DNA of 64,000 nt from Chrysomallon squamiferum (Eukaryota > Animalia > Mollusca). The stretch is from the NCBI GenBank assembly GCA_012295275.1, contig CM022669.1:13268001-13332000 (forward strand). The letters are read 5' to 3'. Under the pieces are notes generated by a model. The model worked only from the letters and a program-made list of their open reading frames with translations, was not told where the DNA came from and did not search any database. Below are positions 28,219 to 42,632 of the stretch, one piece after another (position 1 is the stretch's first letter; the number at the start of each line of letters is the position of its first letter). The translations under genes were made by a program, and so were the position numbers.

Positions 28219-30332
28219 CTTGACAGATAAATTAACATAATGTGTACCGCTTCTGAGATCCTTTATTAGCCCAGTGTTTAACAACTAAATAAAAAAGTAA
28301 AATTAAAAGACTAATAAAACTTACAATGCACCAAATTAAGAAGATGATAAGCAGACTGATGGTGAGGCAGATGAGACCTGGCACCTCCCAGCGATCACTC
28401 CACTTTGAGTAGTATTTAACACCATTCAGACACAGGTAGGCACTCAGCAACGTCAGTGGTGTGAGAACGAAAAAGCACACAATGTCGCAGATTAGATTCT
28501 TGCGTTCGTTTCCCGATCTCGAATGACGGACAAACTGTGATAAATAAATAACAGTGTAAGAATGTATGTAAATTGATGAAAAATATTAGGTGATTCATGA
28601 ACTGAGCATGGTGTTTGTGAATATTTAATATTTAAATATTTATTTCTATTTAAAAAAAATAAAAAGAGAAAAGGAGTAGTTCTGATTATAATGTATGTGG
28701 ATAATGTATTAATTATGTTATTTAACTTTTCTCAATGTATTTTCAAATTATGTTAATATTTTAAATAATATAAATACTGAAAATTTCAGTGAAAATATAA
28801 TTTGTTTCAAGAAATATTTCACAATAATCATCCATGGATGTGCAAATAAGAATGTTTAAAAAATGCAGAATTAAATGATTTAATGTGTACTAACATCAAG
28901 AAAAGATCTTGGTTTTCTTCGCACTTTAAATTCATATTTACAGATTTCACAGCGAGTTGTGTTTGAAGTACCTAGCCACTTTTCCAGGCAACTCAGATGC
29001 AGCATTCCTACTGATCCTGTGCAGTAACATGGTGACAAGAGACTTTCTTGTGTCGAGCCTTCATGACAAATACGACAGATTGGTATGGAATCACTGAAAC
29101 ATATTATTTTAATTATGTTAATTATAGTGAAACAAAACTCAAATATTCTTTCAAACAAACAGTTTCTCTAGGTTAATCTGAAGAACTTGTAAGAAATTAA
29201 AATTGTTTTTAATTATCTCTCAGTATGATTTATGTTAACTGTTATTATTATTTTTCTTTTTTCTAAGGGCAACTCTTCAAAAATGCAAAAGCACACATTC
29301 TGATAGACAATTCATAAGACATTTGAGAATGAGGTTTTACTAAACAGTGTGACAATGTAGGGTTTTTTTTCTCAAAGATAAAATTAAACTTATTTTCAAC
29401 TTGTGATAAAATACAACTTTAGACTAGTACAACATTCATAAAATAAATAAATAAATAAATAAATGGACACACACAAACACCAGTTTTTTTTTTTTTTTAA
29501 AGCAATGGGAAATACTGCTTGACTTTGATTTGTTACTGGTATTAAAATAAAAAATAAAAATTCTGGAACCTGGACATGCTAATCCTCACATCAGTGTATG
29601 TCCCTTGCCCTGAGCCTGGCGTGCTTGTTTGCTTTGGAACTGGAGTGTGTGGAGTCGATGGCAGTGTTTGCACACTTCTCATAGAAGTTTTGGACTTTTT
29701 CTTTGGCTCATCTTCTAACATTCTGCATTCAGAGCTGTGCCAGCCAGGGTCCAAATCAATGGATGTTGACGATTCTGACATAGCTGCATAAAAACTTGGT
29801 GTTCGTACAGGAAACCTTGTGTTTTCATTGGAATCTGATGATGTAGGCTATCAAGAAATTGTGTTTATCATGTATCAGTTTTTTTTTAATAAATATGTCT
29901 GTGTTTCTCTCAGTGTCTTTGTATGTGTGTGTGTGGGGGGGGTAGTAATCAAAACCATCAATAAATGTGCTAATTATAATTTAAAGCAATTTATTACAAT
30001 TTTACAGGTATCACCGAAAACATTTTTTCCAAATGTACTCCGAAAATTATAAGCTGTCATACTTAATCATTTTAAAAATAACGATAATAATAATAAATTT
30101 AATAAATATAAAAAAAAAAAAAAAAATCAGACTGCTTTTGCTTTATTACTTCAGAAATACAAACTTCAGTTCCAGCCTGTAACGGAATACTTTCTTCGAC
30201 ATTGTTTTCAATCGATCGTTGCTGTTCACTAGCTGCAGAAAACTGACTTTCTAAGCTTCTTCTGGCCTTTGACTTCTTCTGTTGGACATTGTCGCCAGTG
30301 TTCTCATCATCGCTTGAGTCATATGACTGCAT
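27429..30332 (-). CDS. MARCHF2/3: Membrane-associated RING-CH E3 ubiquitin ligase, MARCH2/MARCH3-like (441 aa)
   Basis: Exons 30332-30165, 29847-29570, 29093-28895, 28534-28325, 27899-27429 in consistent phase; RING-CH CRICHEG...SPCYCTGSVGMLHLSCLEKWL...CEICKYEF; two TM helices (DIVCFFVLTPL...; WEVPGLICLTISLLIIFLIW); C-terminal PDZ-type ETYI. Confidence 0.9.
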
Positions 30333-30447
30333 GTGTTATAAACAAATGACTTTTGTATTGCTTACTGCAGATATTGATGGAAAACGAGTCCGTCAAACAA
30401 AAAAATTAATGACTTTTCACAACTTTGAAATATCCCACGGTTTCATA

Positions 30448-30473
30448 ATCACGTGACTTGTCACATCACGTGA
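30448..30473. promoter_or_regulatory. Two TCACGTGA E-box/CLEAR-like motifs upstream of MARCH2/3
   Basis: aTCACGTGAc at 30448-30457 and aTCACGTGAt at 30465-30474, ~120-140 bp upstream of the ATG at 30332. Confidence 0.6.
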
Positions 30474-32078
30474 TACAACAAAAACAAACAAAATGTCGGA
30501 AGTTTTTGAATGCAAATCAATTTAAATTACTTTTATAATTTATATAAATATATTTATTTTTGATTCTTTAAAGATGAAAATGTTGTACGAAATTGCAATG
30601 GGATTTATTATGTTATAGTTGACAAACATTTATTTGTTGTTAAATTGCGACATTAACTAATAACTGCATAGTTATTCCTCCCCTAATTTATAATCCGCTC
30701 CAAATAATAATTAAGAAATTTAACTGGCTACGGAAAATGATACTATAGTTTAATACTAATAATGTAAACTATAAATAGATATACGTTGCATAAACAATAC
30801 AAATTTGGCGTAAAAAAAAATATATATAATATATATATATATGTATATCCTTAACTAAGCCGTTTCAGACATAATTCCTCTTTTAAATAGATTTTTTTTG
30901 TTGTTGTCTTTAGGATGATATTAAAATGTAATAAAATTGCATATGTAATTTATCTGAATCGCAGATATATGGATGAGTGGGTGTACTTAGAGTGAAACTT
31001 TTTCCTAATAATAACCGTCAAATCTAAATGGCGTTAGATTCTCTGCTGCATTACTAAACCAATTCAAACATAATAATTTGTATTTATTTGTTTATTTATT
31101 TATTATAAACCTATGCTGTAAAAATATGTTTTGAGTTTCACTGCAGTGTCAGAAAACATGATTACAATGTATCTGTGGAATAATGAATTAATAACTTAAC
31201 TACATTGTTTATACCGCCATCTTTCTGTTTCATTTATTTCTCTTTATATGGTCCTCAGTTTTCTACATCCTCACACAACTGTATATTTATGTCTTCTTCT
31301 TCTTTATCTTTGGAAAACTGTCAGTATAGACAGCTACAGATGGAACATTAAAAATGGCCAATCCAGAAAGACCCTGTTCTTAGTTTTGATGACTGAATGT
31401 TGATTTAATATTTCTATCAAAATTAAATTTAAAAAATCACTGAAACTTTCAGCGATCTATAAAACTAACCATTTGTTTCTAATACCAGATTATAATGTTA
31501 AAAAAGGTAAATTCCAGGCAGCAGTTGCCATATATGGTCATGTCACATGACCATACAGTCCCCAGTGCTAACGAAAGCTCCCAGTGGGAGGCAGTCATTT
31601 TAATCTATCTTGCTAGCACATACTCCCCACTAATTACTTTAAAACATTATATTCTGATCTTTATAGAAGAGGAAACAATGGATATTATTTCATAAAGCCA
31701 CATATATTTTATTATCGGGTAGTCAAACACAAATTTAAGAGTAAAACGGAATTATAGATCATGTATTTCAGCTAATATTTCGTCGTTCCACAAGTACATA
31801 TTAATCTTATTGTAAAACACAAAAGAGTCCATCAGACATTGGTTAACATAAATAGATTTATTTAATAAATATTAATACCAAAATAAATAAATAAATAAAT
31901 AAAATGGTGCATGAAACGGACATTTTCACGCATTCTATGTAGTTTGAATTTTTAAGACTAGAATATTTTCAAAAGTTAATAATACAAATTTTATTCTCCT
32001 CATTTTATCTTTCTGTCCATGATTGTCCGTTTGTTGCACCCTAGAATTTCTAATCAGTAATTCTCTTTAAAGTGAATA

Positions 32079-32126
<48 letters not shown>

Positions 32127-32985
32127 AAATGAATAAATAAATAAATAAGTAAATTTGTTGGCACTGACAATGGGACACTAATACCATTATACTTTCAGTT
32201 CGATCAAAACGAAAAACTGAATCTCTGAAAATTAATTTGTCATAAACAGCGTATAGTAAAAAGCTTTGGATGCTAGACAGAATCTAACCGTTGAAGCTGT
32301 AATTGTTCTCTTTTCCTCGTTTCAGCTGAGAGCTTACTTCTACGTAATACACAATTAAATTATGTATGATTTACAGTTGGATTGCTGCCACCACTGGTGT
32401 TTTACACTTAGATTATGGCGGACATGTTCTCCAAAGAGCTACATTCGCACGCGGTAATCTGGGTTTGTCAGAATACCTGATTGTGTCACACACCTGATAC
32501 TTGGCCCGTTTAGTACTTAATTATATAGCCTGTGATTTGCAAATACGAAAAAAACGAAATAAAAGGCACAAGACTCTGAAGTGTTTGCCTTATATTTGTT
32601 TTCCATAATTAAAGCTCGTATTAAGTAAGTTATATCGCCGGGTTTTAGTCAGGCTTTGCTGACAAGGCTTTAAACATAAGTCATTAATCCATTTACGTAA
32701 GTGGCAGTTTCACTGTTTGTGTGGATATCTTCAGCGAGTGGTATGGGTGTTCCAGAAATGAAGAAAACAAAATATTACATTTCATTTGTTATGGAATACT
32801 GAAGCTGATTGAAATATTCTGAAGACATTAATTTTACCTTTAGAAAAGAAAAAGAAGAAAAAAAATCAGTTCCAATTGGAATAAGTGAAATTTTTATTTT
32901 CTTCTTTTCTTTTCGTTTACCTCTGAATACCGCCCAAAGACATGAATAAAAATTCATAAAGTGATTGGATATAAAAGGTTTAACA

Positions 32986-34435
32986 ATGTCCGATACATCT
33001 CCAGAACAAACAAATGTTATGCTCAGTCCAAGAGTGCGGGGGTTGTATCGGAAAGGCGGTGGTTATATAAACCGATACAAATTTCAGAGAGAACGTCTTA
33101 GAGCATTGCAGAATATTGACGATGAAGCCATTCCAACAGAGAATACGTTTCATCGGACAAATTTACCCAAAGTAAGAGTGCATTTCAGTTTAAATTCATA
33201 TTAATAATAAAAGTTGATGACGATAATATTATAAGAAATTACGTTCGAAATGTGACTTCAGTTGCTTTCCGACAGAAATTAATTGTATAATATTGACATA
33301 TGCATAATGTTATTGTAATTGTTGTTATTATTATTGTTATTTTTGTTGTTGTGAAATTAAAAAAAAATAATAAGGAAATAAAATAGCAGTAATAGTTGAC
33401 GAGACCATTAATAAATCAGTGCAACCGTTTGTTTGGGTCAGGCTTGAGAAAAATAAAATAAAACTATAAGTCACATAGAGGTACCTGATATGCATAAAAC
33501 ATATGACACTGTGACTTTAATGCCGATTAATGCAAACTGCAATCGAGAATTAAAAAAAAAACAAAAAACATTATCGACTGACAACGAAATACGCGAAGTC
33601 TCTAATAGCAACATGAAATTAAATAAATGTTAAACGCTAACTTCTTTCAGAATTACCTGTGTATAATCCTACTTAGCTACGTTAATATTTAAACTGCTTC
33701 AGCGGAACCGACGTCTCGATCGCTGTATGGAGTTAATGTTTGAGTGACTATAATCACTGAAATAAGTTTACTGGCTAATTGTTACGGGTGGAAAAGGTTT
33801 TGCATATGTTAATGTCATCGCCAGTTCATTCAGTAACAAAAAGCTGTTTAGATAATTTAGTTGTTATTTTTTTTTAGCTCTGAGTGTTAAATAACGCGTT
33901 TTTTTTGTGTGTGTGTTTTTTTTCTGTGTTTTTTCCCCCGTATTTCACTATTAACATCCGAATGAAGCATCATTGTAGATAAAACAGTGTTAGCGAAATT
34001 AGTAAAACCATGTTTTCTAAATTTGCTTATAATAAAAAAAAAATCACTCAAGTGGAAAAATAAGAAAAAAAAAAAAAAAAAGAAAGAAAGAAAAGGAAGG
34101 AAAGAAAATGTAGAGTAGTTTGTCTTTTATTACAAAAAGTATTAAACTGCATAACTGTGACAGTCACTTAATTTGGAGAAACTATTGTTGCCTGATATTT
34201 CACAATTAACTGGAATCGACTGTAAATGTTTTAGCTGCCACAGTCACAGCCACAGCCTATAGAGAGGGAATCATCAAACTTGTCATCTGCCAGCAGCAGA
34301 TCCATAGAAACCATAAAACTTCCATCTGTTCCAAGTAACACTAAAGTGGGGCAGTATATAAAGAACCACCCTCCAATGAGAAGTTTTCATGTCAAGGTGA
34401 GCACAAAAATGTATCCCAGACTAACATAATAAAAT

Positions 34436-34474
<39 letters not shown>

Positions 34475-35649
34475 AGAGAGGCACACATATATATACACAC
34501 AGAGACGAACGTACTGAATGTAAAGTAAATCTAGTGATATTCGTGTTTCTTAATCTGCATACGCAGTGCAAACCAGTATGCAAAAAGACTGCGTTTCCTT
34601 ACTTTATGTCCAGTTTCTGTGCTAGTATAGAGTGGGGGATATTTATTTTCTACCTTTGTCAAGTTTCTAGCAATTAAAATTAATTAATTTCTTTTCTATG
34701 AATATAGAATCTACATAAAGCAGGATGTGCAAATCTGTAACTTGTAAATTTATGAAAATCATCAGATTTTTTTTTTTAAGCCCATTGAAGCTTCTATTGT
34801 CTTCCTTCCAAATCTAAATCTCACGGAATTTACTGTACTTTCAGTTCCCAAAAATAATTTGCATCATTGACGGACTCAGCCATATAAACACAACACTAAA
34901 AATACACACCCACCCACAAAGAAAGGCACGCACACCACATACACATATAAATTCAATACAAAACTATCAGTGATTTCAAAGAAATATTACCTGAAACTCA
35001 CTCAATTCACTAAATAAACAAGTATATGTATATGTGTATATTTCAGCTATATCCTGACCATTATTCTCGGATTGCAAGATCTTTACCAAGCCTACCTTCT
35101 ATACCAGGTTCGCCTCACATTCTCCAAACCGGCGCATCACCATCTCCCGTGGCTGAGCCTCCACAAGCTCCTGTTCTTACTAAACCGGTTCTCATACCCA
35201 GCAAACACAGATTCGAGGTCATCGCATTTCAAAAGACAATTCATCAAGAAAAAGCAGATCCACAAACTTTGCTTCCAGGTAAAGACAAAAAGAAAACTAA
35301 TTACCACCTGGATACAATTCCACCTTCTCCGTTAATCGCCGAAGCAGACGACAAGCCAGTGATTCAAAAGTTGTATCGGGAGAAGGCAGTGAACAACTTG
35401 AGGCCTTCGCTAGCCACGAAACCTCCAGCATCAAGGCCGCGACGTCGATTTCGAAATAGTCGTTTTAGTGATTCAAAGAGTGACGGAGATATCCACATAA
35501 AGAAGAAATGGAAAGATCACTGCGGTTGTTTAAGATGCCAAATGATCAAACGCCAGTGGCAAGAAGGAGATGAACTTTACAAGGTTTGGGGTAATTATCC
35601 GTGTCATCATGTCGACCCTGCAGCAATGGCCGATGATGATGATGATTAG
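32986..35649 (+). CDS. Uncharacterised 262-aa basic/proline-rich protein with C-terminal HCGCLRC...CHH motif
   Basis: Exon 32986-33171 (AAA|GTAAGA donor) joins exon 35047-35649 (tttcag acceptor) in phase 0; both segments GC-richer than flanks and open; family not recognised. Confidence 0.75.
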
Positions 35650-36012
35650 AGACAATTTGGAAAATACATAAAATTTTTTAAATTATTATTTCAGCTATTT
35701 AAAACAAAATAGTTGTGGATTATCAAATAATTTCTATCTTTCAATCTCCCCCCCCACCATCCCAAAGAATTACATTGAAAGATAGATATTTATAGAACTT
35801 TATGATCGAAGAATATTCATTTATTTTCATCAGAATATCGTATTTGAAACAACAGTTATTTTAGAATACTTCTCACCAACAAAATTAAAATTAAAAATAA
35901 CATACTGAAAAGGGTATGCTTAAACGGTTGAGTGTAAATGAATTTAAACATTGATTTCTAATCTATTTTGATGCGCTTGTTTTATTTAGCAGAAACAAGT
36001 ATCGAAATAAAA

Positions 36013-36047
<35 letters not shown>

Positions 36048-36713
36048 GAATAATAATAATAAATAAATAACCTAAAACTGTTCATTTGTTTTACCGCTGA
36101 TACAAAATACATTTGAAAGAAACGTTATTAATGTCGAAAACATCACCAAATCTATTAACACCCTGAAGATAAAATAAATTTAAAAATCCGCGAAGACACG
36201 AATTTTTTATTTTATTTATTAAGGTATTTTGAATATGTTAGGCCTTCTACATTAAAAATTATTATCATCTACGTAAAACAAATGAATAAATAATATGCCT
36301 TTGTGATTTGTGCGCCTTTATAATTCGTTTCCGTTTGTATAAAGATCTCCCGCTTTCTCACTTTATTAACGTTTTAATTAATTATTTGTTTGTTTATTTA
36401 TTGTTAATAATGTACAACTGATTAACATTAAACTTTTCTTTTTTGAAACGGATGTAAGCTTTTATTAACAGTTAAGCGTTTTTGTGGAAAAACGAACGTG
36501 CCCACTTTCAAGGATTTCACCAGATATCATTGTTTCTTCAGATACCTGTTTTAATTTTTGTTTGTTTTGTTTGTGATAATTTATTTATGATTGTAAATAA
36601 AAAGATTTATAATACTAACTGTAATTTTTTAAATACATATAACGTGGGGGAAAAAAATGGTTTACTTGTGAAACTGTTTTGTACAAACACATATACACGC
36701 ATATCCAAAAAGC

Positions 36714-36716
<3 letters not shown>

Positions 36717-36790
<74 letters not shown>
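36717..36790. repeat. (GA)n microsatellite
   Basis: Direct; second (GA)n tract at 44895-44942. Confidence 0.95.
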
Positions 36791-36793
<3 letters not shown>

Positions 36794-38315
36794 ATTATGA
36801 AAAAGAAAAATACATTCTGCAAAGGTTTTCTGTCTCATTTTCGTTTATTTACATGAACGTTCCCGACAAGAATTTTATTATTATTATTATTTTTTATTAC
36901 TGATACATCATTACATGGTAAGAACACAAAATTTATACCAGATAACATACATAAGAATTTGGTGTAAAATATTTATATTTGATATATATTATTATTTTAT
37001 TTCTTCTTCTTCTCCTAATATTTGTTGAAACTCAGTTTAACCATCTGGAAGCTATAATGTTATTCTAACAATTTCGAACATTAAGGTCCGTTAAAAACGT
37101 ACAATGCACAATGCACATTTAAATCAAATTAAAACAAACAAAAAAATTAATGTATTGTCCATAATTATGTGTTTTAAAGAGACAAGAAAATTGAGGAGGT
37201 GTCAATTAGTCATTTATTTATGTCAAAAGATTATTATCTGTCTGAAAATAGCAGTACCAATATACAATGTAAATAAAAATACATTTTATAATTATTTTAT
37301 TTTTACTATATATTTATTTATTTATTACTATTATTATTACTATTTTTATTTTTTTTATTTATTTCCCCAAAAACTGTTTTAACTATTATTCGTGCATGTT
37401 AGTGACAACATTTAACAAAAATACAATACAGTTTTTTCTGCAACTGGTATATTATGGCTATCTGTGTTTCAAAACAAGAAAACAGAATTTTTTAAGCAAA
37501 ACACATACATATTTGCATTGATTGTTGTGTCATTTTTAATATCAGTTTTATATATTATATTATATTATATTAGTAACACATTATAAATATCTGATCAAAT
37601 AACAAAAAAAAAGAGAATAGTCTAATGACCAGATAGTCCAAATCATTATATTCTTATTGATTTTAAAAAAAAAATTTTTTTTTATTATATTCAGCATTAT
37701 TTTCTTTATAATAAAATATATTTCACCTTAAAAGTTATGGTAACTTCTCTTCTCTCAAATTCTGAGCACATGTCTCTCAGAACTGAATGAAACAGAATTA
37801 AATAATGTAGTATATTACATAAAAAATTAATGTTATGTACCAGCATAAATGTAACAAATAAACAGGTTAATTAGAATTAGAAGACATTAGAAAATCAATA
37901 GTACATAGGTCTGCTTGAAAACCCCGATTTAACATAGACATTAATAAAGATAAAAAAGAAAAGTGAATGCAGAATAAAATATATACACATCTCCACTTCT
38001 CTAAAGCTAATTTCCATACCAGCGAATGTAAAACTGTTTCTTTGAAAAGAAAATTTTAGTACCGATGCTCATTTTTATACAGATACTAAATATTTTTGAA
38101 AGATAAAAATATATCCAGTATCAGCTTCTTACATTATCATAGTTATTTCAAATACAAGTGTTGGTGTTGTTTATGGTTTTTTAAAATGTTTGTTTTGTAT
38201 GTAACATATATTAACGTACTGTAATTAAATCCATTTTTGATTATTTAATGAGCATTACATCAATTAGCTTTTAAAGTGATAATTTTTTTTTTCCATATGA
38301 CAGCTAAACGCTCAT

Positions 38316-39804
38316 TTACTCATTCAGTCTGTTTGTATGTTCTTCCACTGATTTCTGTAACTGTTCACGTTGGTCTGACCACTGTCGATGCCGCAGCTGT
38401 TGTTCTTTTACTTGCCTCTTCAGTCGTGTTAACTGTGCAGCATTCCTCTTCTTGAATTTAAAATAAAAATAAAAATGATAATAATAATAATAATAATAAT
38501 GAAACAGAACAACAACAAAAAGAACAACCAAAGAACCAACAACAATGAAAAAAAAAAAAAACTAGTGATAATAATAAATAAATATACATTAAAAGTTCTA
38601 TAAGAAAAAGAAATAAACTTACATTTAAAACATTTGTAGCTATTTTAACTTTTTCTTGTTGCTCCAAAACATTTTTTATCTGTAAAATTTTAAAAATCAC
38701 AAGCTTACAGTAATTAAATCTTTAAAATATAATTTGCAATAATGTAACCTAGTTACAAATTTGTGATTATATATTATAAATTAAAAGGATTTTGACAAAA
38801 CTTGTTATTAAAAAGAATAAAATTCTTTATCTAGATTAAAAAATAAGTACAAAATAGAAATTTATTGTGCTAAATTCATATATTTACATGCATTCTATTT
38901 TTACATGCTTACATTTTGGATTACTTCATTTAGCTGTGTTTCAGTTTCTTTTATTTTCTCTCTGCTGCAGTTGATGGATTCAGACATTTTTTTACTAACA
39001 GAATCAGCACAACCTTTGTCAAATTCACAATCACGCTTTAATACATTTTCTGAAAAAAATACTTAATTATTAATTTTTTTTAAAGAAATAATTAAAAGAC
39101 TGAGAAGCATTTTCAAAAATATCTAACAATTTTTAAAAAAGAATTTGTTGAATTTATAAACTTTTATAAATATTTAGCTTTAAATGCAAAAATTTAAAAA
39201 AATATTTGGCTGTGTATGTAACAGTTTTTAAAAATATTTTCTGCATTTATAACAGAATTTGCAAATATTTGATTGAATATGTAACATTTAAAAAAAAATA
39301 TTTGTTGCTTATGTAACAATTTAAAAAAATATTTGACTGCATATAAAACCCTCATTAAAACAATATTTGACTGCATATATAGCAGTTTTTAAAAATATCT
39401 GGCTGCAAATATAACAATTTTAAAAAAATGCGAACTGATGAGTATGATTTAGTTATTATCAGTATGTATATGAAGAACTTCTTTTTAAATGTTATAGATT
39501 ATGTATAAAAATGTAAAAACAGTAACAAATTATATAATATTTCTACATAAAATGTTACTTCGGTTTTCAAGTTCAGTTAAGTGTTTTTCTATTTTATTCA
39601 GCTGCTGTTGTGCTGGTAATGTTTGCTCAAACTCAGAAACCTGCTGTTGGTAATCTTCCATTTTTATTTTATATTCTTCATACTGTCTGTCAACAGAAAT
39701 ATTTTTGTATGAATGTTTTTAAGTGAAATGTGTACAACACAAATATATATTAAAAAGTAATAATAATAATAGTAACAATAATATATATATATATTAAAAA
39801 ATAT

Positions 39805-39847
<43 letters not shown>

Positions 39848-42041
39848 TAATAAAATATCCAAAATATTATAGCTAAATTTGCATTACTATTTGAATTATT
39901 TATAAATATGATTAGCAGAATTTAAATATTAAAAATATTACACATACACCAAATTACAAATAAATATATAAAAGAATATTTCAAAAGAAATGCTAACAGT
40001 ATGTTGTTGTTAGTATAAACCATTTTTTTCATGCTACTACTCAGTGTCGTTTAACTTTCACATTATAATAATTGATATTATGTATGATTATAATATAAAC
40101 AAATGAATATCAATAAATGTTTAACAAACTGTGTTTGTTCCTCAAGATCTTTCTTTTTAGTTTCAATGTCATATTTTAATTGGTTTTGCTGATGAATCAG
40201 CTTGGAAATTTCTGCAAATTAAAAACTTTTGAAGTTTAAAATAAAAAAAATGGATTTGTTTCTAGTTCACTTTTATAATAAACTAAAAACAAAATAAATG
40301 TAAAAAGGTAAAATGCAGAAAATAATAAACTAAACATTTCTTGACTCAGTATGGTGTGTTAATGATAAGACATTAATTTTAGCAGACAAAACAGTCTCAA
40401 AAATTTAATTTAAATACTATGAAAGTGAAAAAGTATAAAATATAGATAGATAAAGATAGACAGATATATAGATAGACAGATGTAGATATATAATCACACA
40501 AACACACAAATTCTTAAAATCTCATGAACAACTAATTATTTTTCAGTTTTCATCTCCTGTTATTCAATTTCAACAAATTCACTGATATTTATTTGTTAAC
40601 TGGGAATAATTATAAACCTTTCTCAAGCTGTACAATCTGCTTTTTCTCTTCAACACTATGTTCCTCTATCATACAAATTTTACGTGTCACTGTGGAAATC
40701 TCAGCATAAACTTCATCACACTTTTCCCTTTCTGAAATAATTTTTTATTCAGTGTATGAATTCATTGATGAGTCATGCAGAATAAATAAATAAATAAATA
40801 ATGAGAGGAAGATTTTTTTAATTAATTAATTTTAACAAAATAATAATCAAAACAAAGAAAAAAAAAAAAAAAAAATAGCACAACAAGAGAAACCAAAATA
40901 ATTTGAAAAAACACAAATAACGAGCATTAAAAAAACTTACCAATAAAGAGTTGATTCTACATAATATAAATATGAAAATGATGGTCATCATTAATATGAT
41001 ATTAATAATAAAGTATAATTATAATACAATCATGAAAGAGGTTTTAAACTTTATTTGGATATTCTTCATGAAAAGCTATTGAAAGGGCAATTATATTAAA
41101 GCCGTAGTTTAATTTATAAACTAATCCAGGAATTAATTATTCTAAAGATGCTTATAATTACAGACAATGAAGCAATACCATATTCAAAATTGTCATTATT
41201 TATTGGTGATGGACATACATACCTGAAGGGACTGTAAATATATTTCATGTTTCTGAATTTCATTGCTTTGTTCTTTTTGCATTTCTGCAACCTTGCTGAC
41301 TTCCTGCGGAAGACTAAGCAGATTGTCAATAGCACCATCAAGTAATTTCGCTTCTATATCAGAAATACTTTCCTCAGTATTAGAGTTTTCTCAAAAATAA
41401 ATATCAAACAAGATATTTTAATTTCAAATTTTGTTTCTGTTTGTCTTGACATTAACTGTAAGCAACACTTTTATATTCATCTAAAAATAAGAATAAATAT
41501 CAGTGATATAAGATATTAAAAATTATCATATAGTAATACTTTCACTTTTTTATCTCTGAAATAACCTCTTTTTTTCTTGTTTCTTTTTTACAGTTATATT
41601 ATAATAGTGAAGCTCTTCATACTCAAGGAACCTTAGAAAAAAGAAAACAAAGAAAAGAAAAGAATATATATAAAAAAATAAAGAAAGAAAGAAAGAAAAA
41701 CAGAATAAATTTTTGTATTGATAAATTTCAACATTAATACACTTTTTTCAAAATTAAATACCATTTAACACCATTGCCGTTGAAGACATTCCCATTTTCT
41801 CTGATTGTGAAGCAGTAAATGAGTTTTGCGTGACTTCATTTTCAGCACTGTTGCACTGTAATCCACTTAACTTTATGTTCTCTGGACAGGGTTGATTATT
41901 TATTACCACTGATGAACTTCTAGGGACATGTGTTGTATTTGGGATACAAACAGTTCTCTGCACTTTTGGTGGACTATTTAAAAAAAATTATATATCATAT
42001 TAATGTATAATAATACATTTATTATTATTATTAATATTATT

Positions 42042-42085
<44 letters not shown>

Positions 42086-42632
42086 TTAGTTTGTTGGGTT
42101 TGGTTTTGAATATTATTTCTGGAAATGTCACATATTATATGTAGGCCTATTTAGTATCATATTTGTTTCTGAAGTATTATGATATCTTCTACAATTTCAT
42201 ATATTAATAACAAAGGACCATAAAATATTAGTTTAATGCAAATTTAAAAAGTTGAATACAGTAGATCATCGATTTAACTAAAATAAAACAAAACAAAACA
42301 ATACAATACAAATATAATTAAATAAATAATATATTAAAGAACGAAAGAAATTGTGTAAAATCCATTGTCTTCATTATCCATTCGATCGTTAATTACAAAT
42401 AGTAATATGAACTATTGCAAAATGATTTTTGTCCAATCAAATATTTCAGAAAACATATAAGTTATAATTAAATAAATTATAAAATAAATAACAAAATCAA
42501 CTGATAAATAAAATCCAAATATTTATTGTAATACACAAAAAACAAAAACAGTAGTGAAAAAATTAATGAACGCACCATTCTGCCAACTGAAGTCTGTAAA
42601 TAAAGTTTTTACCTGCATAAATTGAGTTCCAT
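38316..42632 (-). CDS. CCDC122: Coiled-coil domain-containing protein 122-like
   Basis: Exons ~41313(or 41389)-41223, 40956-40941, 40731-40618, 40211-40130, 39686-39559, 39049-38913, 38679-38623, 38450-38316 give SLPQEVSKVAEMQKEQ...QLKYDIETKKKDLEEQ...KRNAAQLTRLKRQVKEQQLRHRQWSDQREQLQKS, resembling CCDC122 as I recall it (SLADAVEKVA; KLKFDIET; KRYDAILKRLHCQV...RRQWQW). Probable start exon 42632-42613 (MELNLCS); 5' exon structure, including 41973-41762, uncertain. Confidence 0.75.
39195..39430. repeat. ~31-bp intronic minisatellite in CCDC122
   Basis: aaaaatattt..ctgca.at.taaca.ttt unit repeated about 7 times. Confidence 0.75.

Noticed and set aside
36482-36903. ER/RE and LS-repeat ORFs
   Set aside because: (GA)n microsatellite artefacts; likewise CV/HT-repeat ORFs at 6593-6873, 34392 and 52054
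42576-42593. Candidate ATG-ending mini exon for CCDC122
   Set aside because: Phase 0 exit meets a stop in exon 41973-41762; the phase-2 exon 42632-42613 fits better
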